Source: a virus | Taxonomy: Duplodnaviria; Caudoviricetes | Virus record (IMG/VR): IMGVR_UViG_3300037424_000117 | Location: 2,529-66,528 of that record | Direction: 5' to 3' (one strand) | Length of the DNA: 64,000 nt | Part shown: positions 27,797 through 36,834 of the stretch, piece by piece | Position numbering within the stretch: position 1 is the first letter of the stretch | Layout: each line of letters starts with the position of its first letter | Position numbers and translations under genes: made by a program | Notes under the pieces: generated by a model | What the model was told of the DNA's origin: nothing | What the model saw: the letters and a program-made list of their open reading frames with translations, nothing else | Database searches by the model: none

Positions 27797-28182
27797 GGCT
27801 CAGCATCGCAATTCGGCTGGGACGCAGCCGCAAGGGAGTAAGCCGCACGAACGTGGCCGGCTGCTACTTCTCCCCCGTCACCGGCAACGGCACGCTGCTG
27901 CTTGATACGCTGGCAGCGGCGCACCTTGGCAGGTATCGTGATCTCTCCGCGTTCCGTGGAGATGAGCGCGATGCTGCCACGCGCATCACGTTCGAGGTGA
28001 TCGACGCCTTCCCGGTGCTCGGCCAGCGCGTGAAGACTATCAGCAGCGCGTTCGCCAAGTCGCTGCGTGAGGCCGGCCTGCCGTTCGAATCGCGTGAGTG
28101 GTCGCTGTTCAAGGCGATCACTGCGCTGGACTTAAAGGGCAACACATCCATCGCTGACCTGATGGAAAGGGGGTCGCTGTGA
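27793..28182 (+). CDS. hypothetical protein (129 aa)
   Basis: RBS ggagg; coupling. Confidence 0.65.
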   Translation: MRLSIAIRLGRSRKGVSRTNVAGCYFSPVTGNGTLLLDTLAAAHLGRYRDLSAFRGDERDAATRITFEVIDAFPVLGQRVKTISSAFAKSLREAGLPFESREWSLFKAITALDLKGNTSIADLMERGSL

Positions 28183-28448
28183 GCGGCACTATCTGTTATT
28201 TTGTTGGCGGTCCTCTGGATTTGACCAAGTGTGCTGTTGAGCGTGCAGAGCCTCACCTGTACGCATTGGGAAGTCCAGCGCTTACACTCAGCCAAATCAA
28301 CACCAAGACTCAGGGAGATAACGTAATAGACTTGATCGAATCGCGCCACAGGTATCGGCGCACCATGCCGCTAAAAATTCGTAGCGTTGTGGAGCCGATG
28401 TTAGTCTACATCTACGACGGCCAAGAATATAAGGAGGGTGTGCTATGA
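28179..28448 (+). CDS. hypothetical protein (89 aa)
   Basis: YFVGGPLD motif; coupling. Confidence 0.6.
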   Translation: MSGTICYFVGGPLDLTKCAVERAEPHLYALGSPALTLSQINTKTQGDNVIDLIESRHRYRRTMPLKIRSVVEPMLVYIYDGQEYKEGVL

Positions 28449-28678
28449 GTGTGAACGGCATGAAGGGCGACAAGCCGCGTATCAGGGCCAAGGTAGTTAA
28501 CACGGCCACGGTAACGCCTAGGCATGAAGTAGTTGAAGCCATTCTCGGGCCGCGCTACATCTGGGCCTTGCACACTGAGCCCGTGCGCCGGTTGGTGGAC
28601 TACATCACGGCATTGGAAGCTAAACTTTGTCAGTGTCCGCCGAGTAGCGGCATCGACATTTTTCGTGGAGACAGATAA
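28445..28678 (+). CDS. hypothetical protein (77 aa)
   Basis: RBS ggagg; coupling. Confidence 0.55.
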   Translation: MSVNGMKGDKPRIRAKVVNTATVTPRHEVVEAILGPRYIWALHTEPVRRLVDYITALEAKLCQCPPSSGIDIFRGDR

Positions 28679-29160
28679 TGGGCACGCTTCGCATCGTGTG
28701 GTATTACGCTGAGCGCCCGCTGCTATGTCTCGCCGCGCTTCTGGTGGCCGCAGGCTCAGCGATAATGTTCGCATACGCTGGCGAGGAACTGACCGCCGAG
28801 GGCCGCAAGATGTTTCAGGTGTTGCATGAGCAGCAGGGGTACCCAATGCCGATGTCATATCCTGAATACCACATCGGACCCACCGAAGACATGCCGTCCT
28901 CGTGCTCCCGTTACGTGGCGTGCTACGCGAGGGGCCACGTGTGGCTGCTCGCACCCATGCTGCTGGCTGACAAGCAGGAGCGGCTTACCAGCCTGCTCCA
29001 CGAGAACGTGCACCATCTCCAGTGGGAGAAGCGCGGCGACGCGATGAACTGCGAACAGAACTACGACCGGGAGGTGGCGGCATACAGTGCGCAGCAGATT
29101 TATGTTTCCGAGAATTACCGGCAGTACATCCGAGTTCACATCCCTCCATGCACACCATAA
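28678..29160 (+). CDS. membrane-anchored/exported zincin-like protein (160 aa)
   Basis: N-terminal hydrophobic helix; HENVH then E..AY third-ligand motif; paired Cys. Confidence 0.65.
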   Translation: MGTLRIVWYYAERPLLCLAALLVAAGSAIMFAYAGEELTAEGRKMFQVLHEQQGYPMPMSYPEYHIGPTEDMPSSCSRYVACYARGHVWLLAPMLLADKQERLTSLLHENVHHLQWEKRGDAMNCEQNYDREVAAYSAQQIYVSENYRQYIRVHIPPCTP

Positions 29161-29390
29161 AACGAGACGACGACATGCACGACATCGAGAGCGACGGGCT
29201 CATCGAAAAGATGCGCCGGCTATCGAGCGACAAGACGGTGAACCTGCCGCCGCAGGCGCGGGCCGATCTCACCGTGCTCGCGTTCGCACTGGAGCAGGCG
29301 ATCCTAGCTGGCAGTATTCCGGGGACTGTCAGCGCGTGGGCCAAAGCCCGGCAATACTACTGTGCATGTTCAGGGGAGCCACTAATCTAA
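29148..29390 (+). CDS. hypothetical protein (start 29148 or 29175)
   Basis: Stop overlaps the next ATG. Confidence 0.5.
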   Translation: MHTIKRDDDMHDIESDGLIEKMRRLSSDKTVNLPPQARADLTVLAFALEQAILAGSIPGTVSAWAKARQYYCACSGEPLI

Positions 29391-29656
29391 TGATCACTAC
29401 CAGCATTTTCGACAAGGAAGCGGGTCGCGGTGAAACTCGGGAGGTAGAGAGCCTGCTCCGCGTCGCCGAGTACAAGAAGATTGCTCGCAGGCTTCTCGAC
29501 GGCGGGCTGTTCCTTGACTCAGAAGCCCTACTGATTCCGTGGGGTGATGAGCGCTTCCGCCGCATGTTTGCCGGCATGGCAGCGACACAGGCGCACGATG
29601 CAGAACAGTTTCGCAACGTGTCCGCATTCGTGCGGGCACTCATCAAGGGGGCATGA
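29390..29656 (+). CDS. hypothetical protein (88 aa)
   Basis: MITTSIFDKE...; coupling. Confidence 0.55.
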   Translation: MITTSIFDKEAGRGETREVESLLRVAEYKKIARRLLDGGLFLDSEALLIPWGDERFRRMFAGMAATQAHDAEQFRNVSAFVRALIKGA

Positions 29657-30030
29657 TGTTCGACTCACTACCGCCACTCGAAGAAGTCGTGGTGCACTTT
29701 GCATCATACCATCAGGACCGGACCAACCAGCATAACGAGACCAACAACTGGGGTCTGGGCCTGCACTTTACGCGCAACGAGCGCAGCCGGTACGTGGTGG
29801 GCACGTACAAGAACAGCGACTGGAAGCAGTCGATCTACGCAGGCGTGACGTGGGAATTGTACGCCGCTGGCCCGCTATCGTTCAATGTGCTGGCGGGTGG
29901 CATCACTGGGTACAACATGGCAGTGATGCCGGTCCTACTCCCCGAGGGTCGGCTGCACTTTGGCAATACGAGCCTGATCGTCACCTACGTGCCGGGGATA
30001 TTTGGCTTCTCAATCGGGCGGAAGTTCTGA
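29653..30030 (+). CDS. PagP-like beta-barrel protein (125 aa)
   Basis: SYH...NETNNWGLG...GTYKNS..K.S.YAG...GGITGY alternating beta pattern; C-terminal Phe. Confidence 0.6.
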   Translation: MMFDSLPPLEEVVVHFASYHQDRTNQHNETNNWGLGLHFTRNERSRYVVGTYKNSDWKQSIYAGVTWELYAAGPLSFNVLAGGITGYNMAVMPVLLPEGRLHFGNTSLIVTYVPGIFGFSIGRKF

Positions 30031-30212
30031 TGCTGCCCGGAGGCATGACGCCGGCTGAAGCTGAGCAGATGAACAGGGCATGCAACACACTCGTGCGCTC
30101 AATGTTCCCGTTCGCTACCCAACTGGAACTATACGGCGCGCAAATCCATCTGGACGCAAACACACTGCAACCCATCGCCGTCACGTGTGGCGGAGTCACC
30201 AAGGAGATTTGA
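30030..30212 (+). CDS. hypothetical protein (60 aa)
   Basis: TGATG coupling. Confidence 0.5.
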   Translation: MLPGGMTPAEAEQMNRACNTLVRSMFPFATQLELYGAQIHLDANTLQPIAVTCGGVTKEI

Positions 30213-30243
30213 CTTCACCATCCTCCCCATAGTATAATGGGCG
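30209..30243 (+). promoter_or_regulatory. sigma70 promoter with GGGCG discriminator
   Basis: TTGACT-18-TATAAT-GGGCG. Confidence 0.75.
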
Positions 30244-30365
30244 TTGCGTAAAGTGGTTTGATCCTAGACCCAATCCAATCACACTCTCACAAGGAGGTAC
30301 GATATGCGGTTCGAGTGCTAAACGAACTTACAAAATGACTAGCAACTTGTGATCATACTGACCAG

Positions 30366-30400
30366 AAGCGCCCCGGCTCATGAGGCTGGGGCGCTTGTTT
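30366..30400 (+). terminator. terminator/attenuator-like hairpin
   Basis: aagcgccccggc/gctggggcgctt stem then gttt; ATG of the next ORF lies in the loop. Confidence 0.55.
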
Positions 30401-30640
30401 AAACGAGGGGACCGCGTGTACATTCTCAAGACTCCAGAAGAAAACGCAGAGCAGGGTGTGGACATTCCGCGCATCGAAGCGTTCGACTCAGGGCATCTTG
30501 GCCCGTGGCAGACGGTCCTGCTCATGCAGGACATCATGGAAGCCGGCGCACTGCATGTGCTGCCGCACAAATTTCTAGTCCTCTGCGCGTACTACGCAGA
30601 GGTTGGCTTGTTGACCACACCTCTCAGGAGAAAACACTGA
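30380..30640 (+). CDS. hypothetical protein (86 aa)
   Basis: Stop overlaps the next ATG; no clear RBS. Confidence 0.5.
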   Translation: MRLGRLFKRGDRVYILKTPEENAEQGVDIPRIEAFDSGHLGPWQTVLLMQDIMEAGALHVLPHKFLVLCAYYAEVGLLTTPLRRKH

Positions 30641-31143
30641 TGGCACGCGCAACGCACGTCAAGAAAGCACGCAAGGATATTCCGGGCACCGACATCAAGG
30701 CCGGCGACTCGTACTACTGGTGGAAGTTCATGGTCGGCGGGCGCGGAGGGCCGAAGCACTATAGCAAGGAGCAGCCACGACCCAGCCAGCTTACCCAGTC
30801 GGAGTATCTGGGCACGCTCTACGATCTTCAGGATCGTCTAAGCGCACTGCCCGCCGACTCGTCGCTCGCTGATGAGGTGCAGAGCCTTGTCGATGACATC
30901 CGCCAGCTAGGCGAGGATCAAACCGACAAGCTCAACAACATGCCCGACAGCCTGCAACAAAGCAGCACAGGTGAGATGCTGCAAGAGCGCGCGGACGCGA
31001 TGGAGTCTGCCGCGTCGGAACTGGAGGGGCTCGACCTGTCCGAGTATGACAAGGAAGAGCACGGCGAAGACTACGAGACCGAAGATGAATACTGGCAGGC
31101 CAAGCTCGAAGAAATTCACAACAGCATCTCGCTGGAAGGATGA
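30640..31143 (+). CDS. hypothetical protein, acidic coiled-coil C-terminus (167 aa)
   Basis: MARATHVKKARKD...YYWWKF; NMPDSLQ.S..GE.LQER motif. Confidence 0.75.
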   Translation: MARATHVKKARKDIPGTDIKAGDSYYWWKFMVGGRGGPKHYSKEQPRPSQLTQSEYLGTLYDLQDRLSALPADSSLADEVQSLVDDIRQLGEDQTDKLNNMPDSLQQSSTGEMLQERADAMESAASELEGLDLSEYDKEEHGEDYETEDEYWQAKLEEIHNSISLEG

Positions 31144-31373
31144 GCATGAACGCTAAGCTGCTCGACCGCTGGGCAAACATCACGATGTTCGTTTTCAACG
31201 GCGGTTCGATTATGCTCGTGGCCTTCGACCACATGCTGCTCGCCGGTATCAGCGGCCTACTGTCTGAGCCGGCCTTCGCCTACTTCTCATGGAAGGCGCG
31301 AAGCTGGGCACTCGGGGCGCTGACTGCATGGTGGACTGGCTGGTGGGCAATCGTCTTGCTGAAAGCTATGTGA
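31140..31373 (+). CDS. small membrane protein (77 aa)
   Basis: Two to three hydrophobic segments; coupling. Confidence 0.65.
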   Translation: MSMNAKLLDRWANITMFVFNGGSIMLVAFDHMLLAGISGLLSEPAFAYFSWKARSWALGALTAWWTGWWAIVLLKAM

Positions 31374-31528
31374 TGGCAACCAACTGGAAGGCCATGCAGG
31401 TACCTGTGGACAAGAAGTCCGCGAAGGGCGGAGTGTATCATCCGGCCCGCGACTGTTCCGTCAAGCGCATGGCGATGGGTAGCTGGCGCGCCAACCAATC
31501 TAAGGGAGGGGCACTGCGCCCGCGCTGA
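31373..31528 (+). CDS. basic small protein (51 aa)
   Basis: TGATG coupling. Confidence 0.5.
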   Translation: MATNWKAMQVPVDKKSAKGGVYHPARDCSVKRMAMGSWRANQSKGGALRPR

Positions 31529-31530
31529 TC

Positions 31531-31956
31531 ATGACAACCATCATCGCCACGCCGACATCAATCTACTCCGACTCGAACGTCGTTGACTCGAACGCGGTGT
31601 TCAAGGCGCAGAAAATTTTCCGCTTTCGCAACCGCCTCGTCGGCTGTGCCGGCGATGCTGACATGTGCCTCGCGTTCCAAGAGGGGATGCGACTGGGGCG
31701 CAAGCCTAAGATTCCGCCGAAGACAGACGACGAAGAGCGCAACTTCAACGCGCTGGTCGTGGACAAGAAAGGCATCTGGCACTTCGACAGCACGTTCTCT
31801 GGCGACCTTGTGCTCGAACCGTTTATGGCCGTTGGCACAGGGGCAGATGCAGCACGGGGTGCCATGATGCACGGCGCGTCCCCGGAGCAGGCGGTTGAGA
31901 TCGCGTGCCGCATCGACAGCAATTCGCGCGGACCCGTACAGGTGCTCACTCTCTGA
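31531..31956 (+). CDS. Ntn-hydrolase, HslV/proteasome-beta-like (141 aa)
   Basis: MTTIIA N-terminal Thr, SDS, K, GCAG, AVGTG...A.GAM...AVEIA...D..S.G. Confidence 0.75.
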   Translation: MTTIIATPTSIYSDSNVVDSNAVFKAQKIFRFRNRLVGCAGDADMCLAFQEGMRLGRKPKIPPKTDDEERNFNALVVDKKGIWHFDSTFSGDLVLEPFMAVGTGADAARGAMMHGASPEQAVEIACRIDSNSRGPVQVLTL

Positions 31957-33965
31957 TGCAGCTATTGACCGTTGACTTTGAAACGTACTATGACGTGGAC
32001 TACAGTCTCGACAAGCTGACCACAGAACAGTACGTTCGCAACCCACTCTTTGAGGTAATCGGAGTGGGTGTTTCTATTCCCGGTGGCCTGCGCCACTGGA
32101 TGGAAGAGCGGCAGTGGCGCGTGTTCGCCGCCTCGCTCGACTGGTCGCAGTACGGCGTGCTCTGCCAGCACGCGCACTTCGACGGGTTGATCATGAGTCA
32201 CCACTACAGAGCGCTGCCGGGCATGTGGCTCGACACGCTGAGCATGGCGCGGGCGCTGTACCAGACAGATACACGGCTGGGCCTCGAACAGTTGATGCAG
32301 TTTCTTGGCGTCGGCAAGAAGGGAACGTACTACCTGAACATGAAAGGCAAGCGCCGGTCTGAGATGACAATGGCGCAGTGGCTGGAGTATGGTGACTACT
32401 GTTTAAACGACTGCACCGGGACAGAGGGTATATTCTCAAGAATGCTACCTTTGTTCCCAAGACGAGAACTCGACGTGATCGACATGAGCGTGCGCCAATT
32501 CACTGAGCCGGTGTTCGTGTTAAACGAGGATCAGATGCGCGAGTATTCAGTCCGCGAACTGGCCCGGCGCGCTGCGCTGTTCGAGGAACTGGGCATAAGC
32601 AAGAAGACGTTCAGCAGCAGCGACAAGTTCGCGAACCTGCTGCGCGAGAACGGTGTCGAACCGCCGATGAAGAAGTCCCCGAAGTGGATCGACGGCGAGA
32701 ACGAGAAGATGATCTACGCGTTCGCCAAGTCCGACCCGGCAATGCAGATGCTACTGGAGGATCAGGATGATACTATTCGGACGTTTGCGGAAGCGCGCAT
32801 TGAGTCCAAGTCCACACAGGCTGTCAGCCGCACTCAACGATTCCTTCAACTCGGTGCTGGACGCGCACCAATGCCAGTGTACACCACCGTCTACGGTGCG
32901 CACACATTCCGCGATTCAGGTGGGGACAAGTGCAACTGGAAGAATCTCAAGCGAGCACAGGAGGGGAAGCCTGACGCCGACATCATCAAGCGCAGCATCG
33001 AAGCCCCGGACGGATACGTTGTCGTCCGCGCCGACTCATCGCAGATCGAGGCCCGCTTCACGGCGTGGGCTGCGCGAGAGCAGGCAATACTGTCAGCGTT
33101 CCGAAGTGGAGCCGACATCTACTCCGAGTTCGCAAGCAAGGTTTACGGACGCCCGGTGGATCGCAAGAATGTTAAGGCGGACTTCATCCCCGGCTTCGTC
33201 GGCAAGACCTGTATTCTCGGCCTCGGCTACGGTATGGGATGGTACAAACTGGCGATGGAGTTCCTGAAGGGCGCGCTCGGGGGACCGCCGCTCGTGTTCA
33301 CGCGCAGGGACATGGAGATGTTCGGCATCGACCCGACCCGGTTCATGCACAACCCGCGCAAGGTGCAGATGGTGGCGGAAATGCCGAGTCGTTTAAACGA
33401 AGCCGACCTTCTCGTGCACTGTATCGTGTGCGAGTACATCGTGAACCGTTATCGCGACGAGAACACGCGCATCGTGGAGCTTTGGGACTTTCTGAACAAC
33501 AGTGTGATCCCGTGGATGGCTGAGGGCCGCACCGGTCCCATCTTCAGCCACAGCGACTTCGCCACGCTGGTGCCGGGCGGCATCGCCGGACCCAGCGGGC
33601 TCGTTATGAAATACCCGGACTTGCGCAGGGAGAAGAAGCGCGGCGGGCGTGAAGGGGAGATGGAGTGGACGTACCGCGACAAGCCGGGCCGGCGCAGCCA
33701 CATCTATGGCGGGCTGCTGCTGGAGAATCTGGTGCAGCGTAGCACGCGTGACATCGTGATCTATCAGGCGCTCGACATCCGAGACGCCGGCCTGCCAGTG
33801 AAGACGACGACGTACGACGAGATCGTCGGCATTGCGCCGGAGCACGAGGGCGCGCAGTGGGTGAACTTGCTGGTCAAGACAATGAAGACAGCGCCACAGT
33901 GGTGCAGTGATCTGCCGCTAGGTGCCGAGGGTGGGTGGCACAAAACTTATGGGGGTGCAAAGTGA
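31956..33965 (+). CDS. family A DNA polymerase with 3'-5' exonuclease (669 aa)
   Basis: ExoI DFET, ExoII HFDG, ExoIII YC.ND; motif A DSSQIEAR, motif B K...LGLGYG, motif C TYDE. Confidence 0.95.
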   Translation: MQLLTVDFETYYDVDYSLDKLTTEQYVRNPLFEVIGVGVSIPGGLRHWMEERQWRVFAASLDWSQYGVLCQHAHFDGLIMSHHYRALPGMWLDTLSMARALYQTDTRLGLEQLMQFLGVGKKGTYYLNMKGKRRSEMTMAQWLEYGDYCLNDCTGTEGIFSRMLPLFPRRELDVIDMSVRQFTEPVFVLNEDQMREYSVRELARRAALFEELGISKKTFSSSDKFANLLRENGVEPPMKKSPKWIDGENEKMIYAFAKSDPAMQMLLEDQDDTIRTFAEARIESKSTQAVSRTQRFLQLGAGRAPMPVYTTVYGAHTFRDSGGDKCNWKNLKRAQEGKPDADIIKRSIEAPDGYVVVRADSSQIEARFTAWAAREQAILSAFRSGADIYSEFASKVYGRPVDRKNVKADFIPGFVGKTCILGLGYGMGWYKLAMEFLKGALGGPPLVFTRRDMEMFGIDPTRFMHNPRKVQMVAEMPSRLNEADLLVHCIVCEYIVNRYRDENTRIVELWDFLNNSVIPWMAEGRTGPIFSHSDFATLVPGGIAGPSGLVMKYPDLRREKKRGGREGEMEWTYRDKPGRRSHIYGGLLLENLVQRSTRDIVIYQALDIRDAGLPVKTTTYDEIVGIAPEHEGAQWVNLLVKTMKTAPQWCSDLPLGAEGGWHKTYGGAK

Positions 33966-34294
33966 CCGAAGTAAATGGCATGACAGGGGAAGAGTTGGGC
34001 GAGAAGCTGAACGAAGCTAACGCAGCGCCAACAATGACACTGAGCGAGCGCGTGCTGGAGATGACGACGCAGGAGAAGATCGACTACTCGGCTAGGCTGA
34101 ACACGCCGTGGCAGAAGCCGCTGCTCACAGTGCTGAATGGGTACATGAAAGAGTACCCGCCAGCGACCACACGTCCAGACGTGATTCAGGCAGTGAGCGT
34201 GCAGCTTCCGCTGCGTGCGTTCATCGCACTGATGAGCGCCGCGCAGTGCGTGATAATCGCAGCGAATGAGAACCAACCGAAGGAGGCCGCATGA
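33962..34294 (+). CDS. hypothetical protein (110 aa)
   Basis: GTGA/ATGA coupling on both sides. Confidence 0.6.
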   Translation: MTEVNGMTGEELGEKLNEANAAPTMTLSERVLEMTTQEKIDYSARLNTPWQKPLLTVLNGYMKEYPPATTRPDVIQAVSVQLPLRAFIALMSAAQCVIIAANENQPKEAA

Positions 34295-34761
34295 AACAAG
34301 TCTACCTCGCCGGTCCAATCACGGGCCTGACGTTTGAAGGCTGCACTGACTGGCGCGACTACGCTACTGCCTCGCTCGCTGACAACGGCATCAAGGGTCT
34401 GTCGCCCATGCGTGCTAAAGAATTTCTGAAGCATCTCGGCCCGCTGCCGGCGCTCAAGAATTCCAAGGAAGACTACGAGTACGCCCAGTACGGGTGTCTC
34501 GCGTCGTCGCGCGGCATCATGACCCGCGACCGCTTCGACGCCACGCGCTGCGACGTGCTGCTGGTCAATCTGCTTGGCGCTGAGCGTGTGTCCATCGGAA
34601 CCGTGATGGAGATAGCGTGGGCTGATCTTCGTCGCACACCGATCGTCGCAGTGATGGAAGAAGGAAACGTCCACGAACACGGGATGGTCAATGAAGCAAT
34701 TGGCTTCCGTGTGACGACGCTCGACGAAGCACTCAACATCATCAAGTCCATTCTCATCTAG
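34291..34761 (+). CDS. nucleoside 2-deoxyribosyltransferase / dNMP N-glycosidase family protein
   Basis: VYLAGP, RD....CDVLL, SIGT.ME.AWA signature. Confidence 0.85.
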   Translation: MKQVYLAGPITGLTFEGCTDWRDYATASLADNGIKGLSPMRAKEFLKHLGPLPALKNSKEDYEYAQYGCLASSRGIMTRDRFDATRCDVLLVNLLGAERVSIGTVMEIAWADLRRTPIVAVMEEGNVHEHGMVNEAIGFRVTTLDEALNIIKSILI

Positions 34762-34769
34762 GAGGATTC

Positions 34770-35561
34770 ATGCAAATCATCGGACTGCACGGCCCCGCCC
34801 GTGCTGGCAAGGACACCATCGCTGACTACTTGGTCAGCCGCTACGGCTTTTTGAAGTTCGCATTCAGCGACGCGCTCTACCGCGAAGTCGCGGACGCCTA
34901 CGCGCTTCCCGACGAGAGCCTGCTACGCGGCGAATCGACGAAGGAAGTCACGACTCCACGCATGGCACTCGACCGTTGCGACGACCCGGTCTTCGCTGAA
35001 CTCGCCCGCTCGGCGATTCTCGAAGCGCATCAGGGACTCGCGTTCCCACGACAGATTGGCCTGTCTCCGCGCTGGGTGCTGCAACACTGGGGCACCGAGT
35101 ACCGCCGCGCCCAAGACCCTGATTACTGGGTCAAGCAGGGCGACCTGTGGATGCAGGCGTTCGTGAATACACTGAAGCGGACAGTGACACAGGAAGAACA
35201 CGAGGCACTCATCGACGCTCGCCTTGCTCAGTTCAACAACGACACGCTTACTCGCGGCGAGGCTGCTGAGTACGTGCCGCCAGTTGGAATGGAGTACGTC
35301 GTTGACCATCCCGGCGTGGCTGTATCCGGCGTGCGATTCCAGAACGAATACGACTGGCTGAAGCGGTATAATGGTGTTCTATGGCACGTCACTCGCCGAG
35401 GGGTTCCGCCTATCGCTCTGACCAAGCACGTGAGCGAACAGGCGTTCTCGTTACTCACTGGTGACAAGCTGATTCAGAACAACACCACAGTCGAACGTCT
35501 TCACACCGGGGTCGTGCTCGCTCTTCAGGGCAACGACATCGTCAACACAGCGGAGGAATAA
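34770..35561 (+). CDS. deoxynucleoside monophosphate kinase
   Basis: IIGLHGPARAGKDT P-loop; FSD.L; R..LQ.WGTE.RR; VRF.NE; H.SE. Confidence 0.9.
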   Translation: MQIIGLHGPARAGKDTIADYLVSRYGFLKFAFSDALYREVADAYALPDESLLRGESTKEVTTPRMALDRCDDPVFAELARSAILEAHQGLAFPRQIGLSPRWVLQHWGTEYRRAQDPDYWVKQGDLWMQAFVNTLKRTVTQEEHEALIDARLAQFNNDTLTRGEAAEYVPPVGMEYVVDHPGVAVSGVRFQNEYDWLKRYNGVLWHVTRRGVPPIALTKHVSEQAFSLLTGDKLIQNNTTVERLHTGVVLALQGNDIVNTAEE

Positions 35562-35564
35562 ACC

Positions 35565-36821
35565 ATGCACTTGCCTGACAAAAAGAAGTTCGAACAGTTG
35601 CTCGGCCTGATCGACGGCGGGATGACAATATCCGCAGCCGCCCGCAAGGTCGGCGTGCCGCGTCCAACAGCACGCGATTGGAATGCTGGTCGGGCTCGGT
35701 TCACCAAGGCTCTGAAGGCAAGCATCGTGGCAGATAAGCAGCAAGGCCCGAGTCAGGAGGAAATTCTCACAGCGCGGGTAAAGCTGCTGGAGGGGCAGAT
35801 CAAGGCCAACAAGAAGGAAGACCTGTCTGCTCACCACATCCGCACCGCGATCGTCGGGCTGTACGCCGACGTGAGCGCGGCGCCGGAGGAACTGTGGACG
35901 TTCACCACGCGCTCGAAGGAGTCCGCGCCGGGCGTGCCCACGTTGTTCCTGTCTGACTTGCACTGGGGCGAAGTGGTTCACCCCTCGCAGATCAACGGGG
36001 TCAACGAGTACGACATGGCGATTGCAGCCAAGCGCCTGAAGTCCACCATCGAGTCATCAATCCACTTGCTCAAGATCATCTCTCCGGGGATGGACTACCC
36101 CGGCATCGTGTGCGTGCTCGGCGGTGACATGATCAGCGGCAACATCCACGACGAGTTGATGGCGACCAACGAGATGAACACCATGCCGACGCTGCTAGAC
36201 CTGTTCGGCAAGCTGACCAGCACCATCGAGTACCTTGCCGACCACTTCGGTCGCGTGTTCCTGCCGTGCGTGTCCGGGAATCACGGGCGCGACACCAAGA
36301 AAATCTGGGGCAAGGACCGGCACCACACATCGTTCGACTGGCTGCTCTACAACTTCCTTGCGAAGCGCTTCGAGAACGACGACCGCGTGTGCTTTTTCAT
36401 CCCTGACGGTCCCGATGCGCTGTATCGCATCTACGACCATAAGTACCTGCTCACCCACGGCGACAGTTACCGAGGCGGTGACGGCATGATCGGGTGCTTG
36501 GGTCCGATCCTCCGTGGCGACCACAAGAAGCGCAGCCGCAACGCGCAAGTGGACATGGAGTTCGACACCCAGATCATGGGCCACTGGCACCAGTACATCC
36601 ACCACTCACGCGTGATCGTGAACGGATCACTGAAGGGCTACGACGAGTACGCGTACTCCAACAACTTCGGGTTCGAGCGCCCGCAGCAAGCGCTGTGGCT
36701 GACGCACCCGTCGTACGGCATCACGTACCGCATGCCCGTGTACTCGGACAAGCACCGTCCGCAGCACAAGACTGACTGGGTTAGCTTTAGTGGTGGCGCT
36801 GTAGCTCCGGCTAAGGTATAA
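35565..36821 (+). CDS. HTH + calcineurin-like metallophosphoesterase (418 aa)
   Basis: N-terminal HTH (ISAAARKVGVPR.T); SDLH.G, GD, GNH, HGD, GHWH motifs. Confidence 0.85.
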   Translation: MHLPDKKKFEQLLGLIDGGMTISAAARKVGVPRPTARDWNAGRARFTKALKASIVADKQQGPSQEEILTARVKLLEGQIKANKKEDLSAHHIRTAIVGLYADVSAAPEELWTFTTRSKESAPGVPTLFLSDLHWGEVVHPSQINGVNEYDMAIAAKRLKSTIESSIHLLKIISPGMDYPGIVCVLGGDMISGNIHDELMATNEMNTMPTLLDLFGKLTSTIEYLADHFGRVFLPCVSGNHGRDTKKIWGKDRHHTSFDWLLYNFLAKRFENDDRVCFFIPDGPDALYRIYDHKYLLTHGDSYRGGDGMIGCLGPILRGDHKKRSRNAQVDMEFDTQIMGHWHQYIHHSRVIVNGSLKGYDEYAYSNNFGFERPQQALWLTHPSYGITYRMPVYSDKHRPQHKTDWVSFSGGAVAPAKV

Positions 36822-36834
36822 TGCCCGATACACC

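Noticed and set aside
32514-32525. Near-matches GTGTTAAAC (32517) and GTTTAAAG (54101)
   Set aside because: Not exact; excluded from the count of 17.
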